Below are positions 29,101 to 42,600 of a stretch of 64,000 bases of DNA, piece after piece. Position 1 is the stretch's first letter, and each line of letters starts with the position of its first letter. The notes below the pieces were generated by a model, which saw only the letters and a program-made list of their open reading frames with translations, searched no databases and was not told where the DNA came from. The stretch comes from Eledone cirrhosa (taxonomy: Eukaryota). Both the position numbers and the translations under genes were made by a program. Location: contig OZ024740.1 of NCBI GenBank assembly GCA_964016885.1, positions 415,400,001-415,464,000 of the forward strand, given 5' to 3'.

Positions 29101-29950
29101 CACTGTGGGTATGGACATATGTTGTGTATGGGGGAAGACAGTGAATCAGATATAGTGTGTAAGAGAGAACACTGTGGGTATGGACATATGTTGTGTATGG
29201 GGGATGACAGTGAATCAGATATAGAATGTAAGAGAGAACACTGTGTGTATGGACATATGTTGTGTATGGGGGATGACAGTGAATCAGATATAGTGTGTAA
29301 GAGAGAACACTGTGGGTATGGACATATGTTGTGTATGGGGGATGACAGTGAATCAGATATAGTGTGTAAGAGAGAACACTGTGGGTATGGACATATGTTG
29401 TGTATGGGGGATGACAGTGAATCAGATATAGTGTGTAAGAGAGAACACTGTGGGTATGGACATATGTTGTGTATGGGGGATGACAGTGAATCAGATATAG
29501 AGTGTAAGAGAGAACACTGTGGGTATGGACATATGTTGTGTATGGGGGATGACAGTGAATCAGATATAGTGTGTAAGAGAGAACACTGTGGGTATGGACA
29601 TATGTTGTGTATGGGGGATGACAGTAAATCAGATATAGAGTGTCAGAGAGAACACTGTGGGTATGGACATATGTTGTGTATGGGGGATGACAGTGAATCA
29701 GATATAGTGTGTAAGAGAGAACACTGTGGGTATGGACATATGTTGTGTATGAGGGATGACAGTAAATCAGATATAGAGTGTAAGAGAGAACACTGTGGGT
29801 ATGGACATATGTTGTGTATGGGGGATGACAGTGAATCAGATATAGTGTGTAAGAGAGAACACTGTGGGTATGGACATATGTTGTGTATGGGGGATGACAG
29901 TAAATCAGATATAGAGTGTAAGAGAGAACACTGTGGGTATGGACATATGT
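26150..29950. repeat. Imperfect 31-monomer (2,139-bp) duplication
   Basis: The rare variant agtgaGtcag is at 26178 and 28317 (offset 2,139 = 31 x 69). The catacgttgtgtatgcgg...atctgat monomer recurs at ~26565 and ~28704. The tgtCagaga variant is at ~27505 and ~29644. Confidence 0.85.
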
Positions 29951-32900
29951 TGTGTATGGGGGATGACAGTGAATCAGATATAGTGTGTAAGAGAGAACAC
30001 TGTGGGTATGGACATATGTTGTGTATGAGGGATGACAGTAAATCAGATATAGAGTGTAAGAGAGAACACTGTGGGTATGGACATATGTTGTGTATGGGGG
30101 ATGACAGTGAATCAGATATAGTGTGTAAGAGAGAACACTGTGGGTATGGACATATGTTGTGTATGGGGGATGACAGTAAATCAGATATAGAGTGTAAGAG
30201 AGAACACTGTGGGTATGGACATATGTTGTGTATGGGGGATGACAGTAAATCAGATATAGAGTGTAAGAGAGAACACTGTGGGTATGGACATATGTTGTGA
30301 ATGGGGGATGACAGTAAATCAGATATAGAGTGTAAGAGAGAACACTGTGGGTATGGACATATGTTGTGTATGGGGGATGACAGTGAATCAGATATGGTGT
30401 GTAAGAGAGAACACTGTGGGTATGGACATATGTTGTGTATGGGGGATGACAGTAAATCAGATATAGAGTGTAAGGGAGAACACTGTGGGTATGGACATAC
30501 GTTGTGTGTGGCGGATGACAGTGAATCAGATATAGTGTGTAAGAGAGAACACTGTGGGTATGGACATATGTTATGTATGGGGGATGACAGTGAAGCAGAT
30601 ATAGTGTGTAAGAGAGAACACTGTGGGTATGGACATATGTTGTGTATGGGGGATGACAGTGAATCAGATATAGAATGTAAGAGAGAACACGGTGGGTATG
30701 GACATATGTTGTACATGGGGCATGACAGTAAATCAGATATAGAATGTAAGAGAGAACACTGTGGGTATGGAGATATGTTGTGTATGGGGGATGACAGTGA
30801 ATCAGTTATAGAGTGTAAGAGAGAACACTGTGGGTATGGACATATGTTGTGTATGGGGGAAGACAGTGAATCAGATATAGTGTGTAAGAGAGAAAACTGT
30901 AGGTATGGACATATGTTGTGTATGGTGGATGACAGTGAATCAGATATTGTGTGTAAGAGAGAACACTGTGGGTATGGACATATGATGTGTATGGGGGATG
31001 ACAGTGAATCAGATATAGTGTGTAAGAGAGAACACTGTGAGTATGGACATATGTTGTGTATGGGGGATGACAGTGAATCACATATAGTGTGTAAGAGAGA
31101 ACACTGTGGGTATGGACATATGTTGTGTATGGGGCATGACAGTGAATCAGATATAGTGTGTAAGAGAGAACACTGTGGGTATGGACATATGTTGTGTATG
31201 GGGCATGACAGTGAATCAGATATAGTGTGTAAGAGAGAACACTGTGGGTATGGACACATGTTGTGTATGGGGGATGACAGTGAATCAGATATAGTGTGTA
31301 AGAGAGAACACTGTGGGTATGGACATATGTTGTGTATGGGGGAAGACAGTGAATCAGATATTGTGTGTAAGAGAGAACACTGTGGGTATGGACATATGAT
31401 GTGTATGGGGGATGACAGTGAATCAGATATAGTGTGTAAGAGAGAACACTGTGGGTATGGACATATGTTGTGTATGGGGCATGACAGTGAATCAGATATA
31501 GTGTGTAAGAGAGAACACTGTGGGTATGGACACATGTTGTGTATGGGGGATGACAGTGAATCAGATATAGTGTGTAAGAGAGAACACTGTGGGTATGGAC
31601 ATATGTTGTGTATGGGGGAAGACAGTGAATCAGATATTGTGTCTAAGAGAGAACACTGTGGGTATGGACATATGATGTGTATGGGGGATGACAGTGAATC
31701 AGATATAGTGTGTAAGAGAGAACACTGTGGGTATGGACATATGTTGTGTATGGGGGATGACAGTGAATCAGATATAGAATGTAAGAGAGAACACGGTGGG
31801 TATGGACATATGTTGTATATGGGGCATGACAGTAAATCAGATATAGAATGTAAGAGAGAACACTGTGGGTATGGAGATATGTTGTGTATGGGGGATGACA
31901 GTGAATCAGTTATAGAGTGTAAGAGAGAACACTGTGGGTATGGACATATGTTATGTATGGGGGATGACAGTAAATCAGATATAGTGTGTAAGAGAGAAAA
32001 CTGTAGGTATGGACATATGTTGTGTATGGTGGATGACAGTGAATCAGATATTGTGTGTAAGAGAGAACACTGTGGGTATGGACATATGATGTGTATGGGG
32101 GATGACAGTGAATCAGATATAGTGTGTAAGAGAGAACACTGTGGGTATGGACATATGTTGTGTATGGGGCATGACAGTGAATCAGATATAGTGTGTAAGA
32201 GAGAACACTGTGGGTATGGACATATGTTGTGTATGGGGGATGACAGTGAATCAGATATAGTGTGTAAGAGAGAACACTGTGGGTATGGACATATGTTGTG
32301 TATGGGGGATGACAGTGAATCAGATATAATGTGTAAGAGAGAACACTGTGGGTATGGACATATGTTGTGTATGGGGGATGACAGTGAATCAGATATAGTG
32401 TGTAAGAGAGAACACTGTGGGTATGGACATATGTTGTGTATGGGGGATGACAGTGAATCAGATATAGTGTGTAAGAGAGAACACTGTGGGTATGGACATA
32501 TGTTGTGTATGGGGGAAGACAGTGAATCAGATATAGAGTGTAAGAGATAACACTGTGGGTATGGACATATGATGTGTATGGGGGAAGACAGAGAATCAGA
32601 TATAGAGTGTAAGAGAGAACACTGTGGGTATGGACATATGTTGTGTATGGGGGAAGACAGTGAATCAGATATAGTGTGTAAGAGAGAACACTGTGGCTAT
32701 GTACATATGATGTGTATGGGGGATGACAGTGAATCAGATATAGTGTGTAAGAGAGAACACTGTGGGTATGGACATATGTTGTGTATGGGGGATGACAGTG
32801 AATCAGATATAGTGTGTAAGAGAGAACACTGTGGGTATGGACATATGTTGTGTATGGGGGAAGACAGTGAATCAGATATAGAGTGTAAGAGAGAACACTG

Positions 32901-35900
32901 TGGGTATGGACATATGTTGTGTATGGGGGATGACAGTGAATCAGATATAGAGTGTAAGAGAGAACACTGTGGGTATGGACATATGTTGTGTATGGGGGAT
33001 GACAGTGAATCAGATATAGTGTGTAAGAGAGAACACTGTGGGTATGGACATATGTTGTGTATGGGGGATGACAGTGAATCAGATATAGTGTGTAAGAAAG
33101 AACACTGTGGGTATGGACATATGTTGTGTATGGGGGAAGACAGTGAATCAGATATAGTGTGTAAGAGAGAACACTGTGGGTATGGACATATGTTGTGTAT
33201 GGGGGATGACAGTGAATCAGATATAGTGTGTAAGAGAGAACACTGTGGGTATGGACATATGTTGTGTATGGGGGATGACAGTGAATCAGATATAGTGTGT
33301 AAGAGAGAACACTGTGGGTATGGACATATGTTGTGTATGGGGGATGACAGTGAATAAGATATAGTGTGTAAGAGAGAACACTCTGAGTATGGACATATGT
33401 TGTGTATGGGGGATGACAGTGAATCAGATATAGTGTGTAAGAGAGAACACTGTGGGTATGGACATATGTTGTGTATGGGGGATGACAGTGAATCAGATAT
33501 AGAGTGTAAGAGAGAACACTGTGGGTATGGACATATGTTGTGTATGGGGGATGACAGTGAATCAGATATAGTTTGTAAGAGAGAACACTGTGGGTATGGA
33601 CATATGTTGTGTATGGGGGATGACAGTAAATCAGATATAGAGTGTAAGAGAGAACACTGTGGGTATGGACATATGTTGTGTATGGGGGATGACAGTGAAT
33701 CAGATATAGTGTGTAAGAGAGAACACTGTGGGTATGGACATATGTTGTGTATGGGGGATGACAGTAAATCAGATATAGAGTGTAAGAGAGAACACTGTGG
33801 GTATGGACATATGTTGTGTATGGGGGATGACAGTAAATCAGATATAGAGTGTAAGAGAGAACACTGTGGGTATTGACATATGTTGTGTATGGGGGATGAC
33901 AGTAAATCAGATATAGAGTGTAAGAGAGAACACTGTGGGTATGGACATATGTTGTGTATGGGGGATGACAGTGAATCAGATATGGTGTGTAAGAGAGAAC
34001 ACTGTGGGTATGGACATATGTTGTGTATGGGGGATGACAGTAAATCAGATATAGAGTGTAAGAGAGAACACTGTGGGTATGGACATATGTTGTGTGTGGC
34101 GGATGACAGTGAATCAGATATAGTGTGTAAGAGAGAACACTGTGAGTATGGACATATGTTGTGTATGGGGGATGACAGTGAATCAGATATAGTGTGTAAG
34201 AGAGAACACTGTGGGTATGGACATATGTTGTGTATGGGGCATGACAGTGAATCAGATATAGTGTGTAAGAGAGAACACTGTGGGTATGGACATATGTTGT
34301 GTATGGGGGATGACAGTGAATCAGATATAGTGTGTAAGAGAGAACACTGTGGGTATGGACATATGTTGTGTATGGGGGATGACAGTGAATCAGATATAGA
34401 GTGTAAGAGAGAACACTGTGGGTATGGACATATGTTGTGTATGGGGGAAGACAGTGAATCAGATATAGTGTGTAAGCGAGAACACTGTGGGTATGGACAT
34501 ATGTTGTGTATGGGGGATGACAGTGAATCAGATATAGTGTGTAAGAGAGAACACTGTGGGTATGGACATATGTTGTGTATGGGGGATGACAGTGAATCAG
34601 ATATAGTGTGTAAGACAGAACACTGTGGGTATGGACATATGTTGTGTATGGGGGATGACAGTGAATCAGATATAGTGTGTAAGAGAGAACACTGTGGGTA
34701 TGGACATATGTTGTGTATGGGGGAAGACAGTGAATCAGATATAGTGTGTAAGCGAGAACACTGTGGGTATGGACATATGTTGTGTATGGGGGATGACAGT
34801 GAATCAGATATAGTGTGTAAGAGAGAACACTGTGGGTATGGACATATGTTGTGTATGGGGGATGACAGTGAATCAGATATAGTGTGTAAGACAGAACACT
34901 GTGGGTATGGACATATGTTGTGTATGGGGGATGACAGTGAATCAGATATAGTGTGTAAGAGAGAACACTGTGGGTATGGACATATGTTGTGTATGGGGGA
35001 TGACAGTGAATCAGATATAGAATGTAAGAGAGAACACGGTGGGTATGGACATATGTTGTATATGGGGCATGACAGTAAATCAGATATAGAATGTAAGAGA
35101 GAACACTGTGGGTATGGAGATATGTTGTGTATGGGGGATGACAGTGAATCAGTTATAGAGTGTAAGAGAGAACACTGTGGGTATGGACATATGTTGTGTA
35201 TGGGGGATGACAGTGAATCAGATATAGAGTGTAAGAGAGAACACTGTGGGTATGGACATATGTTGTGTATGGGGGAAGACAGTGAATCAGATATAGTGTG
35301 TAAGCGAGAACACTGTGGGTATGGACATATGTTGTGTATGGGGGATGACAGTGAATCAGATATAGTGTGTAAGAGAGAACACTGTGGGTATGGACATATG
35401 TTGTGTATGGGGGATGACAGTGAATCAGATATAGTGTGTAAGACAGAACACTGTGGGTATGGACATATGTTGTGTATGGGGGATGACAGTGAATCAGATA
35501 TAGTGTGTAAGAGAGAACACTGTGGGTATGGACATATGTTGTGTATGGGGGATGACAGTGAATCAGATATAGAATGTAAGAGAGAACACGGTGGGTATGG
35601 ACATATGTTGTATATGGGGCATGACAGTAAATCAGATATAGAATGTAAGAGAGAACACTGTGGGTATGGAGATATGTTGTGTATGGGGGATGACAGTGAA
35701 TCAGTTATAGAGTGTAAGAGAGAACACTGTGGGTATGGACATATGTTATGTATGGGGGATGACAGTAAATCAGATATAGTGTGTAAGAGAGAAAACTGTA
35801 GGTATGGACATATGTTGTGTATGGTGGATGACAGTGAATCAGATATTGTGTGTAAGAGAGAACACTGTGGGTATGGACATATGATGTGTATGGGGGATGA

Positions 35901-38900
35901 CAGTGAATCAGATATAGTGTGTAAGAGAGAACACTGTGGGTATGGACATATGTTGTGTATGGGGGATGACAGTGAATCAGATATAGTGTGTAAGAGAGAA
36001 CACTGTGGGTATGGACATATGTTGTGTATGGGGCATGACAGTGAATCAGATATAGTGTGTAAGAGAGAGCACTGTGGGTATGGACATATGTTGTGTATGG
36101 GGGATGACAGTGAATCAGATATAGTGAGTAAGAGAGAACACTGTGGGTATGGACATATGTTGTGTATGGGGGATGACAGTGAATCAGATATAGAGTGTAA
36201 GAGAGAACACTGTGGGTATGGACATATGTTGTGTATGGGGGATGACAGTGAATCAGATATAGTGTGTAAGAGAGAACACTGTGGGTATGGACATATGTTG
36301 TGTATGGGGGATGACAGTGAATCAGATATAGTGTGTAAGAGAGAACACTGTGGGTATGGACATATGTTGTGTATGGGGGATGACAGTAAATCAGATATAG
36401 AGTGTAAAAGAGAACACTGTGGGTATGGACATATGTTGTGTATGGGGGAAGACAGTGAATCAGATATAGTGTGTAAGAGAGAACACTGTGGGTATGGACA
36501 TATGTTGTGTATGGGGGATGACAGTGAATCAGATATAGAATGTAAGAGAGAACACTGTGGGTATGGACATATGTTGTGTATGGGGGATGACAGTGAATCA
36601 GATATAGTGTGTAAGAGAGAACACTGTGGGTATGGACATATGTTGTGTATGGGGGATGACAGTGAATCAGATATAGTGTGTAAGAGAGAACACTGTGGGT
36701 ATGGACATATGTTGTGTATAGGGGATGACAGTGAATCAGATATAGTGTGTAAGAGAGAACACTGTGGGTATGGACATATGTTGTGTATGGGGGATGACAG
36801 TGAATCAGATATAGAGTGTAAGAGAGAACACTGTGGGTATGGACATATGTTGTGTATGGGGGATGACAGTGAATCAGATATAGTGTGTAAGAGAGAACAC
36901 TGTGGGTATGGACATATGTTGTGTATGGGGGATGACAGTAAATCAGATATAGAGTGTCAGAGAGAACACTGTGGGTATGGACATATGTTGTGTATGGGGG
37001 ATGACAGTGAATCAGATATAGTGTGTAAGAGAGAACACTGTGGGTATGGACATATGTTGTGTATGAGGGATGACAGTAAATCAGATATAGAGTGTAAGAG
37101 AGAACACTGTGGGTATGGACATACGTTGTGTATGGGGCATGACAGTGAATCAGATATAGTGTGTAAGAGAGAACACTGTGGGTATGGACATATGTTGTGT
37201 ATGGGGGATGACAGTAAATCAGATATAGAGTGTAAGAGAGAACACTGTGGGTATGGACATATGTTGTGTATGGGGGATGACAGTAAATCAGATATAGAGT
37301 GTAAGAGAGAACACTGTGGGTATGGACATATGTTGTGTATGGGGGATGACAGTAAATCAGATATAGAGTGTAAGAGAGAACACTGTGGGTATGGACATAT
37401 GTTGTGTATGGGGGATGACAGTGAATCAGATATGGTGTGTAAGAGAGAACACTGTGGGTATGGACATATGTTGTGTATGGGGGATGACAGTAAATCAGAT
37501 ATAGAGTGTAAGGGAGAACACTGTGGGTATGGACATACGTTGTGTGTGGCGGATGACAGTGAATCAGATATAGTGTGTAAGAGAGAACACTGTGGGTATG
37601 GACATATGTTATGTATGGGGGATGACAGTGAAGCAGATATAGTGTGTAAGAGAGAACACTGTGGGTATGGACATATGTTGTGTATGGGGGATGACAGTGA
37701 ATCAGATATAGAACGTAAGAGAGAACACGGTGGGTATGGACATATGTTGTACATGGGGCATGACAGTAAATCAGATATAGAATGTAAGAGAGAACACTGT
37801 GGGTATGGAGATATGTTGTGTATGGGGGATGACAGTGAATCAGTTATAGAGTGTAAGAGAGAACACTGTGGGTATGGACATATGTTGTGTATGGGGGAAG
37901 ACAGTGAATCAGATATAGTGTGTAAGAGAGAAAACTGTAGGTATGGACATATGTTGTGTATGGTGGATGACAGTGAATCAGATATTGTGTGTAAGAGAGA
38001 ACACTGTGGGTATGGACATATGATGTGTATGGGGGATGACAGTGAATCAGATATAGTGTGTAAGAGAGAACACTGTGAGTATGGACATATGTTGTGTATG
38101 GGGGATGACAGTGAATCAGATATAGTGTGTAAGAGAGAACACTGTGGGTATGGACATATGTTGTGTATGGGGCATGACAGTGAATCAGATATAGTGTGTA
38201 AGAGAGAACACTGTGGGTATGGACATATGTTGTGTATGGGGCATGACAGTGAATCAGATATAGTGTGTAAGAGAGAACACTGTGGGTATGGACACATGTT
38301 GTGTATGGGGGATGACAGTGAATCAGATATAGTGTGTAAGAGAGAACACTGTGGGTATGGACATATGTTGTGTATGGGGGAAGACAGTAAATCAGATATA
38401 GTGTGTAAGCGAGAGCACTGTGGGTATGGACATATGATGTGTATGGGGGAAGACAGTGAATCAGATATAGTGTGTAAGAGAGAACACTGTGGGTATGGAC
38501 ATATGTTGTGTATGGGGGATAACAGTGAATCAGCTATAGCGTGTAAGCGAGAGCACTGTGGGTATGGACATATGTTGTGTATGGGGGATGACAGTGAATC
38601 AGATATAGTGTGTAAGAGAGAACACTGTGGTTATGGACATATGTTGTGTATGGGGGATGACAGTAAATCAGATATAGTGTGTAAGAGAGAAAACTGTGGG
38701 TATGGACATATGTTGTGTATGGGGGATGACAGTGAATCAGATATATTGTGTAAGAGAGAACACTGTGGGTATGGACATATGTTGTGTATGGGGCATGACA
38801 GTAAATCAGATATAGAATGTAAGAGAGAACACTGTGGGTATGGAGATATGTTGTGTATGGGGGATGACAGTAAATCAGATATAGTGTGTAAGAGAGAAAA

Positions 38901-39699
38901 CTGTAGGTATGGACATATGTTGTGTATGGGGGATGACAGTGAATCAGATATAGTGTGTAAGAGAGAACACTGTGGGTATGGACATATGTTGTGTATGGGG
39001 GAAGACAGTAAATCAGATATAGTGTGTAAGCGAGAGCACTGTGGGTATGGACATATGTTGTGTATGGGGGAAGACAGTGAATCAGATATAGTGTGTAAGA
39101 GAGAACACTGTGGGTATGGACATATGTTGTGTATGGGGGATAACAGTGAATCAGCTATAGCGTGTAAGCGAGAGCACTGTGGGTATGGACATATGATGTG
39201 TATGGGGGAAGACAGTGAATCAGATATAGTGTGTAAGAGAGAACACTGTGGGTATGGACTTATGTTGTGTATGGGGGAAGACAGTGAATCAGATATAGAG
39301 TGTAAGAGAGAACACTGTGTGTATGAACACATGTTGTGTATGGGGGATGACAGTGAATCAGATATAGTGTGTAAGAGAGAACACTGTGGGTATGGACATA
39401 TGTTGTGCATGGGGGAAGACAGTGAATCAGATATAGAGTGTAAGAGAGAACACTGTGGGTATGGACATATGTTGTGTATGGGGGATGACAGTGAATCAGA
39501 TATAGTGTGTAAGAGAGAACACTGTGGGTATGGACATATGTTGTATATGGGGGAAGACAGTGAATCAGATATAGAGTGTAAGAGAGAACACTGTGGGTAT
39601 GGACATATGTTGTGTATGGGGGAAGACAGTGAATCAGATATAGTGTGTAAGAGAGAACACTGTGGGTATGGACATATGTTGTGTATGGGGGAAGTCAGT

Positions 39700-42600
39700 G
39701 AATCAGATATAGAGTGTAAGAGAGAACACTGTGGGTATGGACATATGTTGTGTATGGGGGATGACAGTGAATCAGATATAGAGTGTAAGAGAGAACACTG
39801 TGGGTATGGACATATGTTGTGTATGGGGGATGACAGTGAATCAGATATAGTGTGTAAGAGAGAACACTGTGGGTATGGACATTTGTTGTGTATGGGGGAT
39901 GACAGTAAATCAGATATAGTGTGTAAGAGAGAAAACTGTGGGTATGGACATATGTTGTGTATGGTGGATGACAGTGAATCAAATATATTGTGTAAGAGAG
40001 AACACTGTGGGTATGGACATATGTTGTGTATGGGGGATGACAGTGAATCAGATATGGAGTGTAAGAGAGAACACTGTGGGTATGGACATATGTTGTGTAT
40101 GGGGATGACAGTGAATCAGATATAGTGTGTAAGAGAGAACACTGTGGGTATGGACATATGTTGTGTATGGGGGAAGACAGTGAATCAGATATAGAGTGTA
40201 AGAGAGAACACTGTGGGTATGGACATATGTTGTGTATGGGGGTTGACAGTGAATCAGATATAGAGTATAAGAGAGAACACTGTGGGTATGGACATATGTT
40301 GTGTATGGGGGATGACAGTGAATCAGATATAGTGTGTAAGAGAGAACACTGTGGGTATGGACATTTGTTGTGTATGGGGGATGACAGTAAATCAGATATA
40401 GTGTGTAAGAGAGAAAACTGTGGGTATGGACATACGTTGTGTATGGTGGATGACAGTGAATCAGATATATTGTGTAAGAGAGAACACTGTGGGTATGGAC
40501 ATATGTTGTGTATGGGGGATGACAGTGAATCAGATATGGAGTGTAAGAGAGAACACTGTGGGTATGGACATATGTTGTGTATGGGGGATGACAGTGAATC
40601 AGATATAGTGTGTAAGAGAGAACACTGTGGGTATGGACATATGTTGTGTATGGGGGATGACAGTGAATCAGATATAGTGTGTTAAAGAGAACAGTGTGGG
40701 TATGGACATATGTTGTGTATGGGGGATGACAGTGAATCAGACATAGTGTGTAAGAGAGAACACTGTGGGTATGGACATATGTTGTGTATGGGGCATGACA
40801 GTGAATCAGATATAGTGTGTAAGAGAGAACACTGTGGGTATGGACATATGTTGTGTATGGGGGATGACAGTGAATCAGATATAGTGTGTAAGAGAGAACA
40901 CTGTGGGTATGGACATATGTTGTGTATGGGGGATGACAGTGAATCAGATATAGAATGTAAGAGAGAACACGGTGGGTATGGACATATGTTGTATATGGGG
41001 CATGACAGTAAATCAGATATAGAATGTAAGAGAGAACACTGTGGGTATGGAGATATGTTGTGTATGGGGGATGACAGTGAATCAGTTATAGAGTGTAAGA
41101 GAGAACACTGTGGGTATGGACATATGTTATGTATGGGGGATGACAGTAAATCAGATATTGTGTGTAAGAGAGAACACTGTGGGTATGGACATATGATGTG
41201 TATGGGGGATGACAGTGAATCAGATATAGTGTGTAAGAGAGAACACTGTGAGTATGGACATATGTTGTGTATGGGGGATGACAGTGAATCAGATATAGTG
41301 TGTAACAGTGAACACTGTGGATATGGACATATGTTGTGTATGGGGGATGACAGTGAATCAGATATAGAGTGTAAGAGAGAACACTGTGGGTATGGACATA
41401 TGTTGTGTATGGGGTATGACAGTGAATCAGATATAGTGTGTAAGAGAGAACACTGAGGGTATGGACATATGCTGTGTATGGGGGAAGACAGTGAATCAGA
41501 TATAGTGTGTAAGCGAGAGCACTGTGGGTATGGACATATGACGTGTATGGGGGAAGACAGTGAATCAGATATAGTGTGTAAGAGAGAACACTGTGGGTAT
41601 GGACATATGTTGTGTATGGGCGATGACAGTGAATCAGATATAGTGTGTAAGAGAGAACACTGTGGGTATGGACATATGTTGTGTATGGGGGATGACAGTG
41701 AATCAGATATAGTGTGTAAGAGAGAACACTGTGGGTATGGACATATGTTGTGTATGGGGGATGACAGTGAATCAGATATAGAGTGTAAGAGAGAACACTG
41801 TGGGTATGGACATACGTTGTGTATGGGGGATGACAGTGAATCAGATATAGAGTGTAAGAGAGAACACTGTGGATATGGACATATGTTGTGTGTGGCGGCT
41901 GACAGTGAATCAGATATAGAGTGTAAGAGAGAACACTGTGGGTATGGACATATGTTGTGTATGGGGCATGACAGTAAATCAGATATAGAATGTAAGAGAG
42001 AACACTGTGGGTATGGAGATATGTTGTGTATGGGTGATGACAGTGAATCAATTATAGAGTGTAAGAGAGAACACTGTGGGTATGGACATATGTTGTGTAT
42101 GGGGGATGACAGTAAATCAGATATAGTGTGTAAGAGAGAAAACTGTGGGTATGGACATATGTTGTGTATGGGGGATGACAGTGAATCAGATATATTGTAT
42201 AAGAGAGAACACTGTGGGTATGGACATATGTTGTGTATGGGGGATGACAGTGAATCAGATATGGAGTGTAAGAGAGAACACTGTGGGTATGGACATATGT
42301 TGTGTATGGGGGATGACAGTGAATCAGATATAGTGTGTAAGAGAGAACACTGTGGATATGGACATATGTTGTGTGTGGCGGATGACAGTGAATCAGATAT
42401 GGAGTGTAAGAGAGAACACTGTGGGTATGGACATACGTTGTGTATGGGGGAAGACAGTGAATCAGATATAGTGTGTAAGAGAGAACACCGTGGGTATGGA
42501 CATATGTTGTGTATGGGGAATGACAGTGAATCAGTTATAGAGTGTAAGAGAGAACACTGTGGATATGGACATATATTGTGTGTGGCTGATGACAGTGAAT

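Noticed and set aside
33880-40125. 2,081-aa ORF and all other plus-strand repeat ORFs as real CDS
   Set aside because: They result from a stop-free 69-bp unit. ORF limits are sporadic nonsense or frameshift variants that are themselves duplicated, and there is no unique domain, signal peptide or visible synonymous bias.
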